This document shows positions 1 through 13,126 of a DNA stretch of 64,000 bases, in pieces. A model generated the notes under the pieces. It ran no database searches. It was not told the DNA's origin and was given only the letters and a program-made list of their open reading frames with translations. The number at the start of each line of letters is the position of its first letter. Positions within the stretch are counted from its first letter, which is position 1. The position numbers and the translations under genes were made by a program. The DNA is from Protoeuglena noctilucae (taxonomy: Eukaryota). Location of the stretch: contig OY253671.1 of assembly GCA_958009085.1 (NCBI GenBank), positions 372,001 to 436,000 on the forward strand. Direction: 5' to 3'.

Positions 1-1
1 C

Positions 2-694
2 GCGGGGGAGGCTGAGGCTGAGGGCGCGGCGGGGGCGGAGGGCGGCGAGGGCGACGACAACGGTGACGGGGCGGCTGACGGGGCGGGTGACGCAGCCGCG
101 GCGGGGCCGTCAGGGCTGGTGCCGGACGCACGCGGGGGCTCGAGCGAGCGTGGGACGGAGACGACGGCCGAGGCTGAGACGGCGCGCGTGGCGGCGGTGC
201 GGGATGACCCCCAGGCGAGCAGCGCATCTGTCGACAGGCGCTGGGCACGGTGGGCCGGTAGCGGTGGGGCCCTCTGCGGGTCGGCGGTCGCTGATTTCGG
301 ACCCACGCACGCGCCGTGGCTGCAGGGCGCCGAGGTGGACCGCATCGTGGCTGAGCTGGCGTCGGAGTTCCCGTCGTTCGAGGCGGGGTTCGTCGAGGCC
401 TTCTTCAGGGACCAGGTGGCGACGCGCAACGCCGACGAGACGCTGGAGGACCTGAGGGCCGGGGTGCGCAAGTCGCTGCGGCGCATCGAGCAGAACGAGC
501 GGAGGGCGAAAGTGCAACAGGAGAAGGGGGCGGCAGGGGCGGCGTCGCCAGCGGCGGGCAAGAAGCGTGAGCGGGGTGCCGCGGCTGAGGCCTCGCCCTC
601 GCCCTCCCAGACCAAGCGCAGCCGGGGGGCTGACGCGCCCGCCGAGGTCGGCGCAGCGGCGCCGCGCCGCAGTGGCCGCAACGCCGCGGCATGA
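2..694 (+). CDS. 3' part of a hypothetical protein (acidic/Gly-rich, then helical), truncated by the window edge
   Basis: Open frame from base 2 to TGA at 692-694 with GC3-rich codons. No family recognised. Confidence 0.5.
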   Translation, partial: AGEAEAEGAAGAEGGEGDDNGDGAADGAGDAAAAGPSGLVPDARGGSSERGTETTAEAETARVAAVRDDPQASSASVDRRWARWAGSGGALCGSAVADFGPTHAPWLQGAEVDRIVAELASEFPSFEAGFVEAFFRDQVATRNADETLEDLRAGVRKSLRRIEQNERRAKVQQEKGAAGAASPAAGKKRERGAAAEASPSPSQTKRSRGADAPAEVGAAAPRRSGRNAAA

Positions 695-1991
695 GAAAGG
701 CTGGGGCGTCTGAGCACGCGTCTTGCGTTGGGCTTTTGAGGGGCCTGTATGTGCCGATGGCGAGGCAGTAGAGCTGGATCGCGCCTGCGTCATGGCCCTG
801 TGTGTGCTGCTAACTCATGCATCAAGCCCGTGCTCCCTTGAATTATTTCGAGCGCCAGAGTTGGAATGCCATAGATGCGGCGCCGAGGAGGTTGAGCGCT
901 GCCAGGGCCGTCAGTCCCCAGACCGGGCCGGGGATGCCGCCCGACGATGCGATGGCGACGAAGGCCAGGGAGAGATACGCTCGGCCCCACACCGTCGCCC
1001 AGTACATGGACCGAAGGCCGGACCCCGTCACCTGAGGGCATGAAGTTGGGAGGCTAACAGCTGCACGACGGATGGGCTCTTCGCGATGCCAATGGGCCCT
1101 GGGTGGTTCAACAGACCTCTCCGTGCGCCGCGCCCAGGTAGTACGCTCCGAACAGACTTGCGAGAACGCCACCGACGCGTATCCAGCCGACAGACGCTCC
1201 GGACAGGTCAAATACAGCTTCTGTCTACGAAAAAGTGTCGACTTCGTGGGGTAGGGCCGTTCTGGGGGCCCGACCGGCGGATCGAACTCTTGACATGCAC
1301 AGCCGCTCACCGAAAGTGAATCGTGGCGCGACCGTCAGCAAGCAGCCAGCGATCGAAATGTAGCCCCCCGTCCACGCGGCCAGGCGCGCAGTCGGCGTCC
1401 AGCTTCCCCCCGGTCTCTGGGCGCTGACGTGAAGGCGGAGACCAACTCGCGGGCCGCGCTCTCGCACGCCCGCGTCGGAGCCGGCTCGCAGCACGTTTAA
1501 GACGCGCTCACGGCCCCGCCTGCCCATCCGGCATTGTGCCGAGTGCTTCAGACATGTCAAGGATTGCATGTCGTGAGCTTGAAGCCTCTAGGGAGATGCG
1601 GGGCCCATTCTGCGATGCCGGTGTGTTTGAGCAATGCAATCTAGCGGCAAGCTCATTCACGGGGCAAGCGCGCGTGTACACAGGCGAGCCTTGCAGCGGG
1701 CAAGCTGGGAAAACATCACGTCGGCGGAGTCAGCCCCGGCGTCAGTTCGCCTTATCCGCGAGCGGCTGCCTCTGCGCGGCCTCGGTTTTGGCGAAGGGGA
1801 CCTTGACGAGGGGAGAGTCGGGGACATGGTCCGTCGGCGAGAGGCTGCGGGGGCACGAGCGAAGCGCACCTGTCGTGAGGCACGCTCGGTCGGCAACAGG
1901 CCCCCATGCGACCAGCGACAGACGCTGGCTCGCTGCCAGCGTGGACTGCGCGGGACGCCCTGCCATGCTCAGAGAGGGCGAGCGCTGGGCC

Positions 1992-3739
1992 TCACCTGAA
2001 CCCTGCCAGGGACCCGATGCTGTTGCGCAGGTGATCCAGCCCAGAGATCTTGAAGTGGGGGGCGGGGGGCTCCGAGTTCTCCTTCTGCGGGCGCAGGGAC
2101 GCAGCGGGGGGCTGAGACGGGCCGCGCACACCATCCCAGCGGCAGCGCCCGGGACCTGCGCTGATGCCGCGCACCGTTTCGGCCTCCCGCGCGGCCTCGC
2201 CGCCCCCCGCGCTAAAATTTCCCCGCTCCTCCTCGGCCCGCGGCGCCTGGCCCTCCGGCGCGGGCTCGGCGGACGTGGACACGCCGTAGTGCGCCTCGGC
2301 GTCCGCCATGGCCCGCTGCGTCTCTGCCTCCTCGGTCGCGTACATGATGCGCTCCACGAAGTCGACGAGCGCGATGCCGCGGCCCTCGAGCGCCTGGCAC
2401 ACGATCTCGATGTCGCGCAGCTTCGAGAAGTAGAAGTCCCGCTCCTTCTCCAGCTGCCCCAGCGCCACGCGCATCTCCTGCACCTGGCGCTCCAGGTCGC
2501 CGACGCGGGACGACCTGCGTTGCGGAGGCTCAGGGGCAGTTAGCCGTGCCCTGGGGAGGCCAGGTGCGCTGGTGCGCTGGGTGGAGCAGCGGGGGCGCGC
2601 TCACTCGGGGGCGTCGTCCTGCTTCTTGCTCATCGCCACCGACTGCATCCTCCGCACCGGCGGCTGGCTCGACGCGTTCGATGTGGACGGCTCGTTGCCG
2701 GGCGCCAGCGTCCGCGGCCTCGCGGACTGCAGTGGGCGGGACCGCTATTGTGTCGGACATGAGGCCGATGTGACCCTGACGCCCCGTCAGGTCTCGGAAA
2801 TCAGAGCCCGAGGCGCGCGATGCACGCACCTGGGACCTAGCGACGGAGGGCCGGACGCTGGCGGAGCGCGCGGGCTTGGAGGCGTCCACTGCGGCCGCGG
2901 ACACCGGGTTGGCCGAGCGCCGCACCACAGGGTCGTACTCGGGGTCGGCGTCGCCGGTGCCGCGGACGGACTCAAAGTAGGCCTTGAACCACTGCATGAA
3001 CTCGGTGTTGTCGAGCGGGCGGGCCTTGATGAGCTTCTGCACCTCGATGTGCTGCGGGCACGAGTGCTCGCGGGGCGTCGGCGCCCCGCCCGGGATAATG
3101 CGGCCCCCAGCAGGTTCCTCGAGCCAGGCATGTGGGGGGCGTGCCCGTGGGCCGCAGCCGCGACGCCCCGGGCGGGAGGGCCAGGGCACCGTGATGGGAC
3201 CGGTCAGGGAGACGGCGCGGAGGGTCGTAGGCCGCCTCCGGCGCAGCCACGGCGCTCAAACGACAGAATTACACTGCTGGATCGCGCCGAAGGCTCCCCC
3301 ACCTTGTCGATTTTGAGCTTGTCGAAAGCCCGTTGCAGAAGCTTGTAGTTGTTGATGAATTCGTACTCTGTCTTGGCCGCGAAGTTCACCTTAGCCATGG
3401 GGATGCATCCAGGGTGCAGCGAGTCGATCAGCTGGCACGCCACGGCCCCGGAGGCCGTGTCTTCGATCTTCGTCAGGGAGAGGCTCAGCGTAGAGTTAAT
3501 CCAGCCCAGCAGCTCCCCCCGGCCTGCGAGAGGATGTATTTGATACCGTTCTACTGCATGGACACGCGGCAGGGACCGCACGGGCCCTCCCGCGGCGCGC
3601 TGGCGCGTCCCCTCCCCAGTGACAATGGGCCCGACGCCCGGCCTCCCGACGGGTCCCGCGCTCCCCGCCCCGCGCCAAGCGATCTATCGTCGGACGCACC
3701 TACGAAGTAGGCGTTGTCCATCATGCCAATCTTGGCCAT
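1992..3739 (-). CDS. EB1: Microtubule plus-end binding protein EB1 (multi-exon; 3' end approximate)
   Basis: [14 protein letters not shown] / [23 protein letters not shown] / NYKLLQRAF / [11 protein letters not shown] (CH domain) and [20 protein letters not shown] (EBH domain). Confidence 0.95.
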
Positions 3740-4224
3740 CGCGCGCCTCGGGCCGTTGTTAAAGCCGCGGCAGCGGTGGGGCGTTGCGGCAGCGTCGTAT
3801 GGACAGTCCCACCGTACTCATGCGCGAATTCGGTTCCGTAGCGTACAGCGCACGCGCCGCCGGCTCCAGAATACGGCGCGCGGGGCGGGGGCAGCCCGCC
3901 CGGGTGCCCGACCCTCGTGCCATCGGCACCGCAGTCCGGTTGTGCAGCGCCGGCCGCAAATGACACTCTTCTACTCTTGCTTAAGTCGCGGGTTCCTGCC
4001 TGTGCCCGGCATCGCGTCTCGGTCGGCCCGGCTGAGGCGTCGCGCCACCTGCGCTGAAGCACAGGCCAGCTCCTGGTCAGATGGGGCCGATGCGTTAGGC
4101 TGGAAGGTTGTGACAGACCATCGGAGTCTGCTGCAATTGGCGGAGCGCGCGTCCCACGTCCCGTGCCTGCGATTGACGCATCTCGGTCGCTGCCGTGGAA
4201 AGTTCGGACACAGGAGACGCAGAG

Positions 4225-7200
4225 ATGACGACGCCGTACCATACCGTGGTCTTAGCCTTGTTGAGGCAGGCCATGGACGCGGACTCGGACCTCCTCACAC
4301 CCGAGGGCGCGCAGGCCCTGGGGCAGTGGCTGGTCGGGGAGGTGACCGCCGCGCCTGCTGTGGGAGAGCGCCGGGCGGCTTTCTGCGCGCCTCTCTCGAG
4401 TGCGAGACATACCGAGCGCCGTCTGGCAGAGGCCCTGCCCCCCAGCCCTGCCCCCGCAGTGCCTGGCACCGTCGGGTTCCGCGGAGCCCACCCTGGCTGA
4501 GGTGCTGGAGCAGCTGTCCACCATCCTCTCGCGCCGAGAGATGCACGCCGTGGAGGAGTTCCTCACCGAGACGCTCCCGCTCCAGCTGGAGAACCCGAAC
4601 GGCCTGTACGAGCTGCACGAGGCGGCCGAGGCAAGCCTCTTCGACGTGGGCGACATCCTGGGGGAGGACCGCGACCCGTCGCTGTGCACCGTCGACCGCA
4701 GCAGCGCCGCGGGACTGGTCATGCGCGCCCTGATCATCGAGGTGCGGATGCCGCCTGCCATGGCAGGCGCAGCACTGCGCGATGCACCCACGTTGGGCGC
4801 GGCTGCGTCAGGATGGCGCGCTGTGCTCACGCTGTCCCTGTCCTTGCGCCCTAACAGTTCGAGTCCTTGGATTTCCTCGACGCATGCGAGCTTCTGGACG
4901 CCACCAAGGCATGGCTGGCGATGCCTGGGAAGCTGGGGATCTTCGAGCCGCCGACGGCGCGAGAGCCGCCCGTGGGGGGCGTGAGCGCCGCAGAGGCGCC
5001 CGCAGTGCGCACGCCTGGGGAGCTCGCGGCCGTCGTGGCGCGTGGCGCGGAGGACGCGCGCCTGGGGCAGCGGGGCCGCCACGTCACCGATGCTGCTATG
5101 GACCGGGCCCTTGCGGTTCTGGCGGCCGAGGCAACGGGCTCCGGGGAGGCGGCGGCGGCGGACGCCCGGGCGGACTGGGCGCGGTATGCCCTTGCTTTGG
5201 AGGCCAGGGACGTTCAGGCTGCCGAAGCCCACCTCCACCGGTGCGACGTGGGACCTCGATAGTCGCGTGATGCATGGCCGCTATGTTGCGCATGCATGGC
5301 CGTTGCATGAGTTCGTTCTGCCCGCCCCTGCCTCCCTTGCAGGTTCTATGACAGGGCGGGGGCGGGGTCGGACTGGCCTGACCTGAGGGGCGAGTTGGCG
5401 GTGGGGAAGGCCCCGGCGCGACAGGGCCGGTCGCAGGTGGCGCTGCTGGCCCTGGCGACCATGCACGCGTCCCTGGGCAACAACCGGGAGGCGTGTCAGG
5501 CGAGACTCCTTGCTCATAGCGCTCGTGCATGTCTAACGGGTGGCGATCCAGAAGTGCGTATTTCGCTAACTTCTACTCTCCTTTTCCCATCTCAGAGTCT
5601 GCACGAGTGCTTCCGTATGGCGCAGCAGTGCTCCGACCACTTCACGCTGGCCCACGCTCTGCTGCTGCTCGGCACCCTGGCGTCTCGGCAGCCGCGGGTC
5701 CTGTCGTGGATCGGGGCCGCATCGCGGGAACCGGAAGCTCAAACGCGAGGCCCGGCAGAGGTGAGGGATGCTGCGCTGGCCAAGCGAGACTGCCATGTCC
5801 CCGGCAGGTCTGTTACGGGCCCTGCGTGTCGCTCTAGAGGCTCTCATTTTCGTCTATGGCTGAGTTATCGAGGCTGTCGTTGCGCGCAGGCAGCGGCGCG
5901 TTTGCTGGAACAGAGCGCGCGCCGTGGGGCCGAGCTCTGCATGCCCCACCTGGAGGCGCACGCCACAGTGCAGCACGCCAGGGTCATGGTGGCCAGCGGG
6001 CTGTGGGCCAAGAGTCAGTGCACGGTCCACGCGACGCAGCTGACCCTACGAACGCAGCTCATTGCCAGGGTGAGGGGCGCATGCAACACTGCCGACGCCG
6101 CCCCACTCCCTTGCGGTCGGAGAGTCCTGTTGCCCGTTACAGAATAATTTGCTGCGCCTCTGTTCCACGCCGCCTCCGACTTTGCGATTCGATTTGTTGC
6201 CACTGTGCCCTCCCTCAAGGAGCCCCCTGTGTTGCTGTGCAGAAATGTGCGGGCGCTGTCGGTGCCACTGTGCCGATGCTCTACGGCCAGGCTCACTCCG
6301 ACGTCTTCCACGCTGGCCCCGATCCGGGCGCGGCGAGCCCGGCGCGTGCGCACCTGCGGGCGCTGGATGCGCGGGGCATGGCGAGGGTGACGGAGGCCAC
6401 CGTGGCGACCGCCCAGGGTGCGGGGGCCCTGCCCAGGGCTGCCCTCGAGGCCGTGCTGCTGACGGACTGGCAGACGGCGTCGGCGGAGACGAAAGCGCAG
6501 GGGGCAGCGTCTGTCGCCTGGGCGCTGCTGCGGGAGGAGGGGCCTGGCGCCGCGCTGGCGTGCGTGGAGGCCGCCATCGCTGCCGTGGACCCGCAGCCCC
6601 TGCCGCACCTGACCCTCGCTCGTCTGGGGATCCTGCACGAGCGCGCCCTGCGCCGCGGGGCGGTCGGCGAGTCTCGGCAGCTGTTAGAGGAGGCAGCGGA
6701 CGTTGTGAGGGCTTACCCCGGGGGACTCCTGCAGGAATACGAGGTGCGAAATGTTACTAACAGAATTCATGTGCCTCGACACGCTTTGGCTCATGGCGAT
6801 GCGAATGGTGGTTGGAGACTGCACGGGGCACGCAGCGGCCGCAGCAAGAGGGAGCGCACTTTGACGGTATGGTCTTCGACGTGCGCGCAGCTAAGCCTGT
6901 TGGTCCGCCAGGCACGCACGTCCATGGCCGGCGAATGCTTCGCGGAGGCCGCAGAGGCGTGCCGGGACGCCTACGCGAAGGCGGTCCGGCTGGGCATCAC
7001 GGCGTTGGGTCTCGAGGCCTTGGTGACCCTAGCCATCGTACAGGTGACGATGATTATGGGGAGCACCTCGAAACAAAGACCTTGCGCAGGCGTGAGCATG
7101 ACCTGGACTCGATTGGCAGGGTAGCAATGTGCGAGCGTGCTCTCATGGGCCCATCGTGGCATGACTGCAGGTCCGAGGCGCGCGGGACCCATTGCACGGC

Positions 7201-7879
7201 ATGGCCACGGCAGCAGCCGCACTGAGCGTGTGTGAGGACTTTGGGCAGGACCGCCTCGCGGCTCGGGCCAAGGGAGTCCTCGCAGACGCATGGGCGGCAT
7301 TCGACGTGTCTCTTGCGCCCGCCGGGGTTGACCTGGCCCTCTCGGCACTCCCGGTGGCCCTGTCCGTCGGCGACGCGGTCCTGGCCGCGGAGCTGCGCGC
7401 GGCGGCGACGCGCTGCGCCCTGGCCGCGGCGCGTGGCGGCCGCATGGACCGTGGCGACGGCGTGGAGGCGGGGCCATCCATGCCCCGACGGGCTTCTCTC
7501 AAAACTGGTGCCTCTGGCCCCGCTGAGGCGGGCATGAGCGAGGGGGACGCGCGGGAACTGCTGCAGAGAGCGCTGCGGTGGGCGTCTATGGCCTGCGATG
7601 ACTGGGAGTCCGCCGAGTGCGTAGGGGACGCGGCAGACGCGGCGCGGCTGGCGGCACTGGTGAGCCGAGTGTTGAGAGATTGCGGAGATGGTGTGCACTT
7701 GCCGGTTGGCAGAGGTGGTGGGACGGTGTGATCGGTTGTCTGGTCACGTGAACTGGCTCGCACGCATGCCACAGGCACAGTGGGCGTCGAAGGCAGCTCT
7801 TTCTGCTGCCCCCAGGTCGCGGACAGACTGGGGGACATGGTTCAGCGCGAGGCGCTCGCGGCGCGGTGGGAGGGTCTGA
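4225..7879 (+). CDS. APC5: Anaphase-promoting complex subunit 5 (TPR-like, multi-exon; ends approximate)
   Basis: N-terminal TPYHTVVLALL; Apc5-domain-like ARDVQAAEAHLHR..ALLALATMHASLGNNREACQ/SLHECFRMAQQCSDHFTLAHAL. Confidence 0.75.
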
Positions 7880-8039
7880 CATGTTGCGTGGGTCGTGTAG
7901 GGTGACAGGGCCCATTTGTGTTCTTTGAACAGAGACGAGCAAGCACACGTCATATCATGCCGTAGCGTCACCACCGTCAGTCTCTATGGCAGCATCCGCG
8001 TCCGTGCCCATGGCGGTGTCTACGATGACCATTTGCGAC

Positions 8040-10845
8040 ACGGGCAGCTTGGTCGTCCAGTCGATGAAGGGCAGACGCAGGACGCGGTGAAGCGTGGGGG
8101 CGCGCCGGGCGTCTGCCATGTCAAGGAAAGGCTCAGATGCGACCACCGTGCCACGAGTATCCACGAATCGAACCTCAGCGCTGCCCTTGCGCACCTGCAA
8201 CCAGAGGGCGGCACAGCTCGCGTGCTCTGGCGCCCCGTGAACGACAGCCCAGCTAAGCTCGCGCATCGGCCCTGTCCACCAAACCAGCGCCTTAATCACA
8301 CTAGTAAAATGTTCACCAATCGCGGCACCTCACCTCGACCACAAAGTCGCACTCGTCGCGATCGGCGAACTGCCCCGGGTGTGCCTGGTTGCGGTCGTTG
8401 ACGCCCTCCCACCCGGTGGAGGTGGACACGAAGGGGCCTGGCAGGATGCCCCGGAAACCCTCGTCCAGGAATCGAAGCTCGCTGCCCACCCCCGGGAGGT
8501 GGAAGGCCGATGGGTACATGTGCCAGTGCGTGCCCATGCACACGGTCACGGGGCCTGTGATGCCTTGCTCGGACAGGTGAGCGGCCAGGCGCGGGAAGAG
8601 CCGCAGAGGGGCCCTGCACACACGAGCTTGGGCCGTCGATGCAGTGATGCGATGTGAGAGCGCAGACAGGGGGCAGGGAGGTCTGGGTTTATCAGTACAG
8701 TCCTTAATCACCTGTAGTACGTGGTGACTGCGGCGAACCTCATGAGCGAGATGGCGGCGGCGACGCTCGCAGTCGCGACAGCGGCGGTCGTGAAGGCGGC
8801 CCGGACGGCTCGGATCGTGGCGACGGGAGTGCGTGGGGCCAGCGCATGCCTCAGCGTCCAGGTCCGGGTGCGGCGCAGGAGGGACGAGAAGCCCAGCGCA
8901 GCGCAGAGACAGATGTGTGCGTAGACGGGGTACACGAATCGGTCTTCCTTATGGGTCTGGCAACTGCGGGTACAGGCAGGTGTACGTAGGTCACAGTCGC
9001 AGAGGTCACAGTCGCGGTGTGCGAGACGCCCCACGCCTGCCCATGCTGGCACAAGGGCTACTGGCGAGGACGCACATGCTACATGAGTCACAATCTCGTC
9101 GCCAGGTGCTTGTGGTAGCGGTAAGTCAAGCGAGGGTCTTGCCTGAGAGTGGCGAGCCAGAGCACCGGTGGGGCGACCACGGCAGCGAGCACTCGCAGCC
9201 TCAGGAGCGACCCCAATGTTCCCTCAGATGGCTTGGCCTGGGTGCCTAGCTTGGCGGGCTTCAGAGGGAGGAACAAGTCGAGCGCGAGGGCGGCGGGGGC
9301 AATCAAGAAGAGTACGAAGACGACGTTGAAGGCGAGCAGACCTGCGAATGAAGAATTCAGGGAGTTTGTTGCGTTTTGTGTGCAACAAGACCTAGGTCTG
9401 CTTGAGATGCACAGGGCCACAGTAGCACGGTCGTGTTGGCGGCAGAGCAGGTCGGGCATTACTGACCGTTGAAGATGTAGAAGTGCCACGGCTCCGTTCC
9501 GAAAAGGTGGCTGTTGCCCTGGACGACATTGTACTTGAGGAAGTTCCACAGGCCTAACGTGAGGCGGCCGTAGACGACCGAATCGACTGCCGTGCCCATC
9601 GTGAGGAGGAAAGCTGCGAGGATGAGGTGGCCGAGATCAGCACATAGAACGCAGGGGCTTCAGCGAAAGCGCAGGTGCGTTCCAACGGTGCTGGTCTGGG
9701 CGCCTCACCTGTGCTCACAATGGCGGTGCGCAGGGACGGCACGAGACGCTCCTGTGTCGCCACGAACAGGGCAAGCGGGAGCAGGGCCACGGCGGCGACG
9801 GGCCAGAGGAGACAAACGAGGACGGCACCTGCCAGGATGGCCAGCTGCGGGGGGACAGAGCTCGGTAGCTGTGCTGTCATGGCAAGGGCTGGGGTATGCT
9901 ACATGTTGGGGGACATCTGCGGTGCACATGTGGAGGAACGGATAGGGCGCCGACATGCAGAAACGACACGCGCTCACGTGGGGCAGACCGACGAGGACGA
10001 AGGCCGAAGCGAGGCACAGGGCCGGGCCCGCAGCTGTGCTCGGCAGGAAGGCGCCGGAGGCGAGGGCGGGGCCAGCGGCGAGGAGATGGAAAGCGAGGAA
10101 GGCGAGAGCCTCATCCAGACCTGCGCGGGTGCCAGGGAGCCGTTGCCTGGGTGCTCCATCCATTGTGGTGGGCGCACGTGAGGGTGTTGCTGCGTCAATC
10201 GACAAGGCCACGCCCTGGGGTCGTCAAGCCCCTCACCTATGGTGTGGCGCACAGCTGCGACCAGGACGGCCTCCGAGAGAGCCGACAGGACCCCGAGCCC
10301 GGCGCGAAGGGCCCAGAAGGACGCGGGACGCCCAAGGGCCGAAGACACGGCCTTGGCGAGGGGCACGTGAAGGAGGATGTAGAGCCATGACCTCAGCGCG
10401 AACGTCGGATGGTACTCCCATGTCTGCTGCCCGCTGCCGTGCGCCAGGAAGTGCAGCGGCTCCCAGTAGTTAAAGACCTGCGGCACTGGCAGGCGGGACC
10501 TCGGTCCTGGGCAGCTCCAATGCGGATCCGACAGGCTTGATACGCTTGCGAGAATGTCACCTCGTCGCAGTCGTGGACGATGTTGAAGATCGCGAACCCC
10601 ACGCGCGCCATCGTCAGCAAAACAAGCGCCGCGGGAAAGAGGGTCAAGCGGTCGTACCACGCCGGCCTTTTCCCCCTTGCCAATACCTCGTTCGGTATCA
10701 GGTCATCCTTCTCTGCACCGTCGCCCTCTCGGCTGCTTCCCTGCCCCTGCATCCACTGCGCAAGCGCCGGGTTCCCCTGGCCCTGTTTTCCCTCCCCGTG
10801 GCTCTCAGCGCCTGGGTGGCGCTCCTCCCGCCATGTCGTGTCCAT
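8040..10845 (-). CDS. ALG9: Dol-P-Man alpha-1,2-mannosyltransferase (GT22), multi-exon; 3' end uncertain
   Basis: IVHDCDE/VFNYWEPLHFL..GSGQQTWEYHPTFALRSWLY; HKEDRFVYPVY; VCMGTHWHMYPSAF..FRGILPGPF; multiple TM segments. Confidence 0.93.
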
Positions 10846-11068
10846 TTGCGGAACCCCCTACATGTGACTGCACTTCAAGCAATCGACAAGCGAGCAGCGC
10901 ACAGGCACTGGTGCGATCAAGGGTACTCAGCACATGCAAAAACACCTCGCCCCGTCAAACAGCTCCTCTGCGCACAAATATGATCTGCACCCACGGGCCA
11001 CAGCCCAGACACGGTGGACATGCCAGCAACCCTGGCAGGGCTCCCCCCGCCAGTTGCTGGGGTCTCCC

Positions 11069-12559
11069 CTAACCCTCTGATCTGCCACCCAATGCGCCCC
11101 CCTTTGCGCGCGACTCTGATGACTTCTTCCCGCCGTGCAAGCGAATCTTCGCTGCCCGTGCCCGCTCCGCCTTCTCCCGGTACCACTGCGCTGCGTTTCT
11201 CCGCCTTGGGCCCACCACACCCGCACCTGCACGTGTCCCTGCCTCTGCAGCGGTCTCCCCGTCGCCCTCCTCCGCCTTCACGACCCGTTCCCTCGGCTGG
11301 GAGCTCTCCGGGACACCGCTCGCCGCCCCGACAGAGGGGTCCGCCCACACAGGCCGTGCCAGCCGCGTGCCCTGCAGCTCAGCCTCCAGCCTCCGGCCGA
11401 ATGCCGTCGCCGGCGTCTGTCGCTGCTGCTCGCCAGAAGAGGCGACGTCCAGGTCGACGTGGTCCTGGACCTGCGAGGACCCCAGGGACTCGTCTCACTC
11501 GGCTGAGGCGTCTGTGGCAGTGGACCATACATGAGCGACCGCGCAAACGCCCACCTGGCCATCCAACACGATCCTGGGGCCCTTGGGTGCCGGCTGGGGC
11601 TTGATGAGCATGGACGCAGCCCCCCCAACCCCCGTGTCGAGCTCATCCTGAAGCGTCTTGGTCCCCGGCGAGAATTGGAGCGACGGAAAGAGGCTCCGGA
11701 GGAGAGAGTGCGTCGCCGCGCTCTGCTCTGACCAAAGGCTCGCCCACAGCAGCTGCGCATACCTGCGTTGGGACAGAAGGCGCGTTGGCAGTGAAGCAAC
11801 TGCAACCCCAGGCACCCAGGCAGAACGGGCCAGCACTCGAGGACTGCACCGCATCTCAACGGACCCGTCTGCTCACCTCAGCTTGGAGCTGAGCGGTGCG
11901 GGCTCGGCCCCGTCCTCCGGGCGGGGCATGCTGCGCTCCTCTCGCAGGATCGGGGCCACGAACAGAACCTCCCCTGGCTCAATCCGAACAGACGGGCTGC
12001 GAATGGCCTCCTGATTGAGCATCACGTGCCGGTGGTTGATCCTCTGCCTCGCAGCCTGCAGGCGAGAAAGAAAGCCTCAACGTGAGCGATGGCGGGATGG
12101 CAACATCGGCCTACGCCACGCGCAGAGGCAACGTCGCGTATGCAACTCACCGCGAGGGTTGGCGACAGCCCCGACCGCATCAGGACCACGTCGGCGCGCT
12201 GCTCCAGCGCGTGGCTGTACCCATGCAGTTTTTGCCCGTAAAACGCGAACATCTGCCGCCTGCAAGATACGAGCGTGGAAAGTAGGATTGCAGGACACGG
12301 ATCGCTGCCAAGAAAGTCTCTGCGACGCACGGCTGCGGCGCCGTCCAGCAGAAGCTCACCGCAGCGTGAGCTTCTCGTTGATCCACTGGCCGCTGAGGCT
12401 CCTCGGCCGCGTCTGCCGCACTAAGCCCCGGGTAATCGCCCTCTCCACGCGGGGGAACTTCTTACGCGGGAAGACATTCTGCAGGCGGAGCAGGGGTGCC
12501 GTCGGCTGGGAAGTGCGAAGGAAGAGCCCCCCGCTGCCAGGGATTGCTGTTTGAGACAT
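11069..12559 (-). CDS. rps4: Nucleus-encoded bacterial/organellar-type ribosomal protein S4 (probably mitochondrial uS4m) with C-terminal extension
   Basis: Spliced exons give ALEQRADVVLMRSGLSPTLA|AARQRINHRHVMLNQEAIRSPSVRIEPGEV, matching the S4 signature LExRLDxxxxRxGxxxTxxxARQxIxHxH. The N-terminus is Arg/Ser/Leu-rich. Confidence 0.8.
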
Positions 12560-13126
12560 GACGATGATCAGAGCCAGACATCGCGGTTTATCTGAGCGCC
12601 AATCACCTCCCCGAGCCTCCGGAAGAGCTTGCCCCTGTTCAGCGTAAGCCGGCCGGGCATGAGCGCTGGCTTTGGTGCCGCAGCCGAGCCGCCAGGCCCC
12701 CCAGGACGACACCAAGGTCGCTTTTGCGCACGCACTGCGATCCGGTGCTGTCTGCTCCCCGCTCCTCGCCCTCTACCAACGCAGACGCTTCGTGGCAGCT
12801 AGAGGAGGATCGATTCCGCAGCCTGGGGCGCAACAGGTCCGTGGCGTCGCACCCGCGAGCAATTTAAGCAACACTGAATGGCGGCGGGTGGCAGAGGGCC
12901 GGTTTGGCTGCGGAGGGCTAACTTTGGGGCTAACCCTGCTGACCGTTTTCGTTTCACAATCTGTAACACACGACGAGGGCAGCGCAAGCTCAAAGCACGC
13001 TTCTCAAATCCTGGAAAGCTCGCGGCGGATCTTCTGCGCCGTCCTCCCGATGGCGACAGCCCTCACCCTCGCGAGGAGGGCACAGATGCGGCGCTCTCGC
13101 GCGCCTGGGAGAGGATTCTGAGTCTC

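Noticed and set aside
11495..11497. In-frame TGA in rps4 suggesting readthrough or selenocysteine
   Set aside because: It falls inside a plausible GT-AG intron (LDGQ|gtgggc...tcgcag|VQDH).
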